Shown here in pieces: positions 10,901-16,852 of a stretch of 17,680 nucleotides of DNA (position 1 is the first letter of the stretch; every line of letters begins with the position of its first letter). The stretch is from a bacterium (GTDB lineage Bacteria > Muiribacteriota > UBA6191): NCBI GenBank assembly GCA_036339875.1, contig JAYZAC010000179.1, forward strand, positions 1 to 17,680. The letters are read 5' to 3'. Made by a program: the position numbers and the translations under genes. Below the pieces are notes generated by a model, which did not search any database, had not been told where the DNA came from, and saw nothing but the letters and a program-made list of their open reading frames with translations.

Positions 10901-11347
10901 AATACAGCTACTGGAAATCTAAGTGCTCTGGCAGGAACAGAGGGTAATGGAGCAGGTCTTTTCAATATAAGAATTGCAGAAGATGTACGCTTTAAACTTA
11001 GAGTAGAAGCTACCGATAATGCTGCTGATCCAAAAGATATTGAAATTCAGATTGAGAGTATTAAACCTTCAGATATCGATCACTTTACTAATACTACTCA
11101 GCATGTTCAGGATGATGATAAAGACCAATATCAATTTAAAACAATTTTATCAGGTTCAGAGAATGTTTATCAGTTTCAAGCCTTTGTAACCGCTTATCAT
11201 ATGTATCCTAAAAGTGGTTTCTATGACATTATTCAAGTCAGCGTAAATGACGGAAACGGTAATATGCGTAAAATCTTATTTCCAATAGAAATTGTGCCTC
11301 AAGATGTACATTTCAGGTCGCTCGGAAGTCAGAATAAATCGAGGTAA
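4916..11347 (+). CDS. Giant secreted/surface protein of unknown function (2143 aa) with propeller-like, DxDxDG and PKD/Ig-like motifs
   Basis: 6.4-kb ORF with a strong SD and signal peptide MKLLQVLLFYFTYMVSHG-IP. G/N/D-rich with scattered Cys. NHL-like blade motifs GLTVDKFGRIFVF and GFGADGDGFVYWL; DTDGDGVDD; PKD-like FPDPGVYEVKL; Ig-like starts DNTPPVITV and DNRPPNIKI. Confidence 0.9.
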   Translation: MKLLQVLLFYFTYMVSHGIPVTDRESAIQNIKNRNGDVYILMYPNNGNTGQDGKHGVWRFIRGDDYPDDTKYKRSYLPGFTGGARYSGLTVDKFGRIFVFREEANAEESILQKNNVYPGQTGPRPALYSTNIVRINNGGTGCAMEGSLNGSPPGWVYAISDNGDEGWIQYYDVNDTSRTWAPDLKIFTARNLNLPPGTEILPPLFKHVNANYVYPRHGGFFGKNSVGGTGARPAIEVQGVVQSNGSQPYCGDGSNNGGARYAEWNVHNGTPCGDPIHPMIGAFFMHPTITGHHNNNLAAVRVCDVKVETRKLYFDQYMTPEDLSTLQTSEPFLVAAGESIEKPSAGGQLYANNQVLATSVGSNTVYARFMHCGDQCGAPGVQAPTVLTQPGKAVGAVSSAGVNDQEQRKYIIKSSTSGGTYITAVVQVGLGELIRQPEGGGIEYKATKASEEFRWNSNIGNTRFNSDKYMVDASRNYGDWTGHITSVQTSKRTNDKDWVYRSNPQNASHFRVSESFWGTGGTMWFLRNASQVPGAELRKRQFNHENGDQIESRNIDLSNEGEVVGFGADGDGFVYWLELGFVEDLSDLKNILGGASPTWNTLINSGKLKDPTALPAPAVGEASTTFSITVKREAGLSLKKTVTGGDPYLVGTVPTNSNDCVISVISYSSDPNRALDWDDPSWDTDANFCGTPGVSTNLDIEMAVVNVSNPPASSGQFTLDIVDVPEVLEGQRIQFYMENPPRFDGPPAQLAQAGGPTQPQWVIDQLGGNPYCSSQKGLRKFHYPGITGAQNPNGYVRTVSNYTASGNEIVLTALDEADGEPSRNYYKDNDTVDGMNMPSFIMDDIPDVSCKYPFFQGKERVVTDYDAENNAYIVSEEEQVKTLRVRWEVRALSPPLSLKKGHPNVQSVFQPGGAGATLYPCKDILTGAEESFSPMNEPGLIYYECYRDIQIHPTLGDTDGDGVDDQTNVISNEILFPDPGVYEVKLSMMGVRWNADDLTFEDDSSGVTYEVTEAVATYTINVKPRQIKGDGKVRDVGILNRLYSGELESAPQDPNDPYINKKKIELFDNEYMIVRENTGTPLVASATIDFFQGVDKRYIDPSDKDNNLMQKFNGVGVWDYEYPGDDGSGGANDKRGTHPPNWDKDGGGKILDDAGNDATNDKASNYALDSSGDKLFIDDVVERIQGTYSSDSYYSGTDMSDSPEAMFDWWEIKYYWFVRYKNPVTGVTEGPYLIRQGNLAEIWAIHNFADDESKNRIMPGELDKNPPLWTEGSLIQKDADTNKRRYHVKVPLFKPNLCIGADQIIGDADCVIDWNGIFGKQNFKDVPGGSDSTFSSKLSTYIFRVPTEPTALEFSFMIDYPRMAWRARNPNNVGKSDYKNGAVITYGEKPDKDAIDNIDPDDFTKWVEEIQDEATYFDAVYWGPKSDAQTPDNRIVDPFAPPDPADFQRGASVNDPRLILGNSSKHVKDQSNQSLQLWGGVANYVGGGVFSEDPAASGGINMDGDYTRAPTDDNWYDVIIRDNTPPVITVVSADSGISEVILTSAIDDVQSAGFGGFNGKTGGMLENQEGIVIAVIDNNPYQHWNGYDAQDVDDLDSADVSWWAPFLQQAYYEIGADPRNLYGLGLQTGKADSPCVPGFFISTPMDLEDAESSIFVNWEDQLIPQIEGEEYFIDSKPISTISADCKFHYEPKKIQLYKLDDANNNQSFYKLGTGVSGRLCSPFLFDTNNIGNCNFPGFSMPETIELTNVQHIEGNSNIIENKPNESYVMTFSPEEVLEKFGGGSDEAMIRFISQPDLYDYVDSNAASLDIGRETKSSFENLFDRDKSWRKTFWWIPADAFVLPYFLNPSSKGKETHAIWGKAYDLSYLSLREDGIDYYLGREDSGTASPTEITLPSEFATKLGTFDIEDNRPPNIKITFYDYKYNQFFKILLLDDYAHVYRASNSSKQTENVILMKTKDPRGLLYEGDVSHKDISSGRIPEADDYTYRLYKPASINTATGNLSALAGTEGNGAGLFNIRIAEDVRFKLRVEATDNAADPKDIEIQIESIKPSDIDHFTNTTQHVQDDDKDQYQFKTILSGSENVYQFQAFVTAYHMYPKSGFYDIIQVSVNDGNGNMRKILFPIEIVPQDVHFRSLGSQNKSR

Positions 11348-11349
11348 AT

Positions 11350-12189
11350 TTAACTCTGACTGGTATCATATCTGTAAAGATGTACATCCGTTTGAGGGTA
11401 AGCAATTTTGATATTGTTATCTTCAAAAGCTTTTTTTATTGCTTCGTTTAATGCAAAAAGTACCTTAAAGTAATCAGCGCGTTGTACCCAAACCATTACC
11501 ATGAAATCAACCGAGCTAGAACCTAGTTTACTCACAGCTACATCAGCAGCTGGAGTCTTTAAAATACGCTGTTCTTTTTCTAATACTGAATGCAATATTG
11601 TTTTGACTTCATCAGTAGAAGATTCGTAGCTAACACCTATCGTTATATCTACTCTTCGATTTTCGAGTTTTGAATAATTCACGATTACATCAGCACTTAA
11701 TTTTGAGTTTGGTACCACTACTGATTTACCATCATAGGTAGCTAGGTGAGTGGTAAAAATATTTATCTCTTCAACACTTCCAGCTGTGCCTCCTCCTTCG
11801 ATATAATCTCCGGCTTTAATTGGTCTAAATAGTATTAACAAAATTCCGGCAGCAAAATTTGATAGAGAGCCCTGTAGGGCTAAACCCACCGCAATACCTG
11901 CAGAACCTAGGATGGCAACAAAAGATGCAGTTTGTACACCCATTTGACCTAGACTGGCAATCAGTACTAGAGCCATAATTGCGTAGTAAATAACATTTTT
12001 AACAAAGCTCGATATTGTATGATCTATTGCATCAGTGTTACCCAACATTGTAGCGATCAAACTACTTAGAAATTTAGCTAACCAACTACCCGTAACAAAA
12101 ATGACTGCAGCATAAAGAATTCTTAGGCCGGCATCAGCCGCATTTGTTTTCAAATAAGTAATGATTTCAGGTGTAAAAAATTGCTCCAT
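11350..12189 (-). CDS. mscS: Small-conductance mechanosensitive channel MscS
   Basis: Three TM segments with GVQTASFVAILGSAGIAVGLALQGSLSNFAAGILLILFRP, GSVEEINIFTT, VVPNSKL..IVNYS, RRVDITIGVSY and IAYPQTDVHL. GGAG SD 8 nt upstream. Confidence 0.96.
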   Translation of the reverse strand: MEQFFTPEIITYLKTNAADAGLRILYAAVIFVTGSWLAKFLSSLIATMLGNTDAIDHTISSFVKNVIYYAIMALVLIASLGQMGVQTASFVAILGSAGIAVGLALQGSLSNFAAGILLILFRPIKAGDYIEGGGTAGSVEEINIFTTHLATYDGKSVVVPNSKLSADVIVNYSKLENRRVDITIGVSYESSTDEVKTILHSVLEKEQRILKTPAADVAVSKLGSSSVDFMVMVWVQRADYFKVLFALNEAIKKAFEDNNIKIAYPQTDVHLYRYDTSQS

Positions 12190-12191
12190 AA

Positions 12192-13016
12192 TTAGTTCTC
12201 CAAACTATTCTGCTTAGGTGGAAAAAGTTTTGCTTCGTTAATTTCTAGATGAAATAGATCTCCGCGATATTGACTTCGTTGCAATTCTAAAAAGAAATCT
12301 TCCTTACTACCTCTTAATAACTGATAGGTTTGAAACTTCATAGGTGCGACCCATTTAGGTTTAATCATCATCGTTGCGAGGGCAGCGCGAGAAGGGTCCA
12401 TACTGAAATGACCACCTACGCAAACTAACATCAAATCGATAGGATCAAAAAGAGGGATCAATTTCATATCCATAAACACATCACTATCTCCAGTGAAGTA
12501 AATATTAGGACCTCCTTTGAATTTAATTACAAAACCTACAGCAGAGCCAGCGAAATGAAGTTTACCGGTAGTGTCCATGACTTCGCTGGAATGTTTAGCA
12601 GGAGTAAACAAAACTTGCAACTCATCGTTAGCAATTACTGTTCCTCCAATATCTGCTGATAACTCAGGCGGTAATCTTTCAGGAGGATATTTAAGTATTT
12701 GTATAAGAGCATTAGCTAATCCATATGTAGTAATAACTTGCGCCTTACTGATTTTTAACAGATGTAAACTGTCACCTAAATTATCTCCGTGGCCATGACT
12801 CAATAAAATGAAATCTGTTTTTTTTAGCTTACGAAATATTTTATCACCGCGAGGATTTAGCATATTTTGAACCCAGGGGTCGACTAGTATGCGGGTACCT
12901 TCTGGTCCTATGATTTGAAACGCAGAGTGTCCATACCAAGTAATCTCTACTGACTGCGCATGTAAAGTAATTTTGAGTAGAATTCCAATCAATAAATATA
13001 GACTAACTCTTGGCAT
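12192..13016 (-). CDS. Exported metallo-beta-lactamase-fold protein (UPF0173-like metal-dependent hydrolase) with degenerate second metal site
   Basis: Motifs ITWYGHSAF, ILVDPW, SHGHGDN, AKHSS, YFTGDS, IGG/VGGHFSM and APMKF. N-terminal signal peptide ending LHA-QS. Confidence 0.88.
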   Translation of the reverse strand: MPRVSLYLLIGILLKITLHAQSVEITWYGHSAFQIIGPEGTRILVDPWVQNMLNPRGDKIFRKLKKTDFILLSHGHGDNLGDSLHLLKISKAQVITTYGLANALIQILKYPPERLPPELSADIGGTVIANDELQVLFTPAKHSSEVMDTTGKLHFAGSAVGFVIKFKGGPNIYFTGDSDVFMDMKLIPLFDPIDLMLVCVGGHFSMDPSRAALATMMIKPKWVAPMKFQTYQLLRGSKEDFFLELQRSQYRGDLFHLEINEAKLFPPKQNSLEN

Positions 13017-13562
13017 CTATTCTGGGTCTTGAACTTCTTGAAGGGTAAGTAAGTTATTATACTCTTCTTCGGTTATTATCATTAATTGACGGTAGATCTG
13101 AAGTAACTGGCCTAGATGCACTAGGTTAATCATTTGAATAGGCTCACTCTCAGGATAATCATGAATAGCAATTAGATTAAATACACCAATAAGTTCAAGT
13201 TCTACTTCATTAAAATAATTGTTAAGTTCTTTAATGGCGTTAGAATTTGGAGTAGCCAAACTAATGAACATGGTTCTTTGAATAGTTTCGCCAGGTTTTG
13301 ATTCGCCAATTAATCTTTCAGCATGTATCCACTGTATAGGTAAATCTAGGATAGCGCCTATATGGGTTGCATAAGGCAATGACTCATCGAGGCAGGTAAT
13401 GCTGTCTATGGCGTAGTCATCGATAATTTCGGCTGCCATTTCTGAAAGTTTTTGAATAGCTTTTGGATGAGCTAAGGCTTTATAAAAATCTAAATCCATT
13501 TGGTCTTTGCGAATAGCTAAGATATCGGTGTTATAAAATAATTTTGCTAGATCATCGAGCAT
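13017..13562 (-). CDS. Degenerate type I phosphoribosyltransferase (PyrE/orotate PRTase-like fold), 181 aa
   Basis: I moved the start from the track's 13637 to ATG 13562, which has GAGGAG 6 nt upstream and removes the overlap with tyrS. The pattern DF.KALAHP..IQ.LS...AE.I....IDSI....SLPYA..I...LDLP, ELIGVFNLI and INLVHLGQLL follows PyrE order, but the PRPP-binding motif is absent. The CDS is secure; the fold call is moderate. Confidence 0.6.
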   Translation of the reverse strand: MLDDLAKLFYNTDILAIRKDQMDLDFYKALAHPKAIQKLSEMAAEIIDDYAIDSITCLDESLPYATHIGAILDLPIQWIHAERLIGESKPGETIQRTMFISLATPNSNAIKELNNYFNEVELELIGVFNLIAIHDYPESEPIQMINLVHLGQLLQIYRQLMIITEEEYNNLLTLQEVQDPE

Positions 13563-13572
13563 ACTCTTCTCC

Positions 13573-14829
13573 TCATTCAAAGCGTAGTAGACAATACTTT
13601 TTCTTACCTGATCGCAGTAGCATCGTTGAATCACCAACTAGATCATCTGAACCCAGATTCATTTCTTCCGAATCGACTCGTTTGTTATTCAGATAAATTC
13701 CGCCTTGGCGAACAAGTTTACGAGCTTTACCTTTGGATTCCGAAAGTTTTGCTTCTACAAGAACATCAAGTAATCCAACCCCATTACCTAATTGATTTTG
13801 TGTCAGGGTTAGACTTGGTACATCAGCAAAAATCTGCATCAATGTTGCATCGTCCATACCTTCTAGACTACCGCCAAATAAAACATCGGAGGCTTGTACG
13901 GCTTTTTTTGCTTCTATTTCTCCATGAAGCATTGCGGTAACTTCAAAAGCTAAGGTTTTTTGTGCCTTTCTAGCACTTGGATTTTCAATTAGAGATTGTT
14001 TACATTCTATAATCTGGTTTTCTTCCAAAAAAGTAAAAAAATACAGGTATTGAATAACATCAGCATCTGGAGTCTGAATCCAAAACTGATAAAAATTGTA
14101 AGGAGATGTTTTTTCTGGGTCGAGCCAGATATTTTGTCCTTCCGATTTACCAAACTTTTCTCCAGAGGAACTTTTAATAAGTGGAAGAGTAAGTCCGAAA
14201 GCCTGAGCACCGGTTTCTTTGCGAATTAGGGTTATCCCTGCTGAGATATTACCCCATTGATCGCTACCTCCAATTTGTAGTGAACATCCATAATCTTGGT
14301 AAAGTTTTAGAAAGTCGTAACTTTGCAGAATTTGGTAGCTAAACTCGGTAAATGAAATTCCTTCATCCGAGTCTAATCGTTTTTGAACAGATTCTTTATT
14401 CATCATTTCTGTTACTCTAAAGAGTTTTCCGACATCTCGTAAGAAGGAAATAAATTCGTAGCCTCGAAACCAATCCATATTATTGACTACTTGAGCACCG
14501 TTGTCATAATCGAGAAGTAAACCAATTTGCTTTTCAATACAACTTACATTGTGCTGAATCACTTCTTCGGTCAACAAAACGCGTTCTTTAGATTTACCTG
14601 AAGGGTCTCCAATCATGCCCGTAGCACCACCTAAAACTGCAATAGGTTTGTGACCCATTTTCTGTAGTCTAGCCATGCTTACAAGTACAAACAGGTGTCC
14701 CACATGAAGGGAATCTGCAGTTGGGTCAAAACCTGCATAAAAAGTATATGAATTATTATCTAAATCGATATCATCATTACTTACAAACTCAACGATACCG
14801 TTCTCTTTAAATTTTGCTAGTGAGCTCAT
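13573..14829 (-). CDS. tyrS: Tyrosine--tRNA ligase
   Basis: YAGFDPTADSLHVGH (HIGH), GMIGDPSGK, EFSYQILQSYDF, QIGGSDQWGNI, KFGKS (KMSKS) and a C-terminal S4-like domain. Confidence 0.99.
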   Translation of the reverse strand: MSSLAKFKENGIVEFVSNDDIDLDNNSYTFYAGFDPTADSLHVGHLFVLVSMARLQKMGHKPIAVLGGATGMIGDPSGKSKERVLLTEEVIQHNVSCIEKQIGLLLDYDNGAQVVNNMDWFRGYEFISFLRDVGKLFRVTEMMNKESVQKRLDSDEGISFTEFSYQILQSYDFLKLYQDYGCSLQIGGSDQWGNISAGITLIRKETGAQAFGLTLPLIKSSSGEKFGKSEGQNIWLDPEKTSPYNFYQFWIQTPDADVIQYLYFFTFLEENQIIECKQSLIENPSARKAQKTLAFEVTAMLHGEIEAKKAVQASDVLFGGSLEGMDDATLMQIFADVPSLTLTQNQLGNGVGLLDVLVEAKLSESKGKARKLVRQGGIYLNNKRVDSEEMNLGSDDLVGDSTMLLRSGKKKYCLLRFE

Positions 14830-14863
14830 TCTATTTCCTAAGTGATAAGTCGATGATCAAAGA

Positions 14864-16690
14864 TTATTTTTTTAAAAATTTTTTCATGAGAGATTTGAGT
14901 TTAGAGAATCCTTTTTGATCTTCTGCTTTGGGTGTATTTTTTGTTTGATTTTCTTTTTGCGATATATTTTCTGAATTCCCCTTTGAACCCTCATTTATAT
15001 CACTCATGAGATCATCCATACTAGCAGACTGATTTTCGGTCTTTGACTCCTCATTTGTATCTTGTTCTTCTGAATCTTCTGAATCTTCGGAAGTCATTTC
15101 TTCCATTATTTTCCATTTTTCAGCCATCTTAATCGCAGTTTCTTGTTTGTCCAGTACGAAAAGTTTTAATGCCTCAATAGCACGTCTCGTAACTTTTGGA
15201 TTAGGAGAATCTATAGGAGATTCTAATAGGGATATAAATTTAGGATCAAAAAGGTCCATGATTGCGTAAATAGCACTAAGTTTTCGGTTGTCATTATTAG
15301 ATGAGAGCATATTTTGCAATTCTTGTGCTGTATCAATTAAGCCCGTAGGATGAAGAAAGATTATGGCATTAGCCCTTGCTCTGTCATGATTATTATCTGC
15401 CAGAAATGGTAGTAATTCAGTCTTTAATTCATCACATCCGAGCATCCGCAGTGCCTCAATGGCATTAGCTTGTACGCGACCATCTGAGTGTTTCAGGCAT
15501 TCTTGAAGGAAACTTTTATGATTTTTATTTTTGCTTTGAGCAAGAGCCATTATAAAAGTTGCTGACAATCTCTTACTGTCCCGTTCTGTAATAGAAGACT
15601 TCAATTCATCTAGGCGATTAAGTCGATTATTTTCGATTAATGCGAAAACGGATTTGATTGCCGACGATTCTTCTCCTTGGCGGATCACTCGAATATGATT
15701 ATCTTCTTCTTGATCGAGATCGGAGTGGCTCGAGCCTAATTGTTCCTCAAGATCAGCCGTCTGTTTAGGTGCAGACTCTTCATCGAGTTCATCATCAAGA
15801 CTCGATATAGATTTATGTTTAACTTTAGAATTGACGCTTTTGAGTTCAGTATTTATGCCATTATTGGTCGTAGATTCTATTGATTCCGAATTCAAGATAC
15901 CTTTTTTGACTAGGTATTCCAAGGCCATCTGAGCACGCTGTTGAACCACATCAGAGTTTGACTTTGAAAGATGTTTCAAGAGTTCAAATCCGGGTTCAAA
16001 AGCTAGTCTTGCAATGACAAAGATAACAGCATCACGATGGAAATCACTATCTTTCTTAGCCATCTTATTTAAGCAGTTTAACAAAGGCTCAGCAGGAAGA
16101 TTCGCTACTGCTTTCAAGGATTCTTTACGGACAATTTCATCAGGATCTCGGGTAAATCTAACTAATAAGGGATAATTTTTAGAATCTTCAATGGAAGCCA
16201 GCGATCGAATAACACTGGCTCTAACAATCGGATTGCCGGATCTCAGAAAATTAGTTATATGTGGAATCGAGTCGATTTTACCCAGGTTAGCGCAAGTCCC
16301 TATCAAAGTAGGTAAAATTTCTGGGTTTTGTTCTTGATGTAACAAACTAATAAGGCTATCAAAATGTTTTGAGTTTCTAGATTTCTCCAGATCCTTCAAA
16401 ATTTCTATTTTTTCACTTGTACTACCGGTTTTGAATTTTTCAATCGTTACAGAGTTTATAGTTTCTTCTGTAGTCAATTTATCATCAGTCGATGAAAACA
16501 ATGATTTTTGCAATATCAAACTGGCTTTTCTAGCTTCCCGCCGCGTTTCGGGGGAGAAGTGATTCCCCGCAACGTACATTAATAGACCATAAGCCTCGTG
16601 GTTGCCCATCTGTAACAGTGAGCTTAGCGTTTCGCTTCGTACTTTTGTTTCGCTATGGTTAAGTTTTAATTGAAGTTCTTGTATCGTCAT
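14864..16690 (-). CDS. HEAT-repeat protein (two repeat blocks, acidic linkers, basic amphipathic C-terminus)
   Basis: Repeated HEAT/PBS-lyase-like units: ETKVRSETLSSL, NPIVRASVIRSL, DEIVRKESLKAV, DGRVQANAIEAL, HDRARANAIIFL, NPKVTRRAIEAL. Confidence 0.88.
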   Translation of the reverse strand: MTIQELQLKLNHSETKVRSETLSSLLQMGNHEAYGLLMYVAGNHFSPETRREARKASLILQKSLFSSTDDKLTTEETINSVTIEKFKTGSTSEKIEILKDLEKSRNSKHFDSLISLLHQEQNPEILPTLIGTCANLGKIDSIPHITNFLRSGNPIVRASVIRSLASIEDSKNYPLLVRFTRDPDEIVRKESLKAVANLPAEPLLNCLNKMAKKDSDFHRDAVIFVIARLAFEPGFELLKHLSKSNSDVVQQRAQMALEYLVKKGILNSESIESTTNNGINTELKSVNSKVKHKSISSLDDELDEESAPKQTADLEEQLGSSHSDLDQEEDNHIRVIRQGEESSAIKSVFALIENNRLNRLDELKSSITERDSKRLSATFIMALAQSKNKNHKSFLQECLKHSDGRVQANAIEALRMLGCDELKTELLPFLADNNHDRARANAIIFLHPTGLIDTAQELQNMLSSNNDNRKLSAIYAIMDLFDPKFISLLESPIDSPNPKVTRRAIEALKLFVLDKQETAIKMAEKWKIMEEMTSEDSEDSEEQDTNEESKTENQSASMDDLMSDINEGSKGNSENISQKENQTKNTPKAEDQKGFSKLKSLMKKFLKK

Positions 16691-16726
16691 ACTGTGGTGA
16701 CCTTAAGCCTTAAATTTTGATTGGGC

Positions 16727-16735
16727 ATTATAGCA
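16727..16735 (-). promoter_or_regulatory. Extended -10 promoter for the HEAT-tyrS gene run
   Basis: Minus strand reads TG-C-TATAAT, a perfect TGn-TATAAT, 36 nt upstream of ATG 16690. There is no good -35, as is typical of extended -10 promoters. Confidence 0.65.
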
Positions 16736-16761
16736 AAACTGATGCATTCATGACCTTAGAA

Positions 16762-16790
16762 TTGAGTCATACAAAAATTCCTAATATGGT
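16762..16790 (+). promoter_or_regulatory. Candidate sigma70-type promoter for the 16853 gene
   Basis: TTGAGT-17 nt-TATGGT; each hexamer matches consensus at 4/6 with optimal spacing. Confidence 0.35.
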
Positions 16791-16852
16791 AAAAAAATGT
16801 CGTATAAAAGTCGATAGGCCCAGCGAATACCAAAGATCAAATAGGAGATATC

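Noticed and set aside
1929..11347. Lower GC in the Skp-like genes than in the giant genes as a sign of horizontal transfer
   Set aside because: Explained by amino-acid composition (K/I/F/N-rich versus G/P/A-rich). No integrase, tRNA or flanking repeats were seen.
4916..11347. Giant protein as an RHS/YD, RTX, autotransporter or PilY1 family member
   Set aside because: I saw no YD repeats, GGxGxD nonapeptide runs, C-terminal barrel signature or vWA MIDAS motif, so no family name is assigned.
12571..14229. Short ORFs overlapping the MBL gene and tyrS, and the 13637 start for the PRT-like gene
   Set aside because: They are shadows of well-supported genes. The 13637 start would overlap tyrS by 65 bp, whereas ATG 13562 has a clear GAGGAG SD.
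15060..15095. Short tandem repeat TCTTCTGAA
   Set aside because: It only encodes the SEDSED acidic linker of the HEAT protein; it is not an array.
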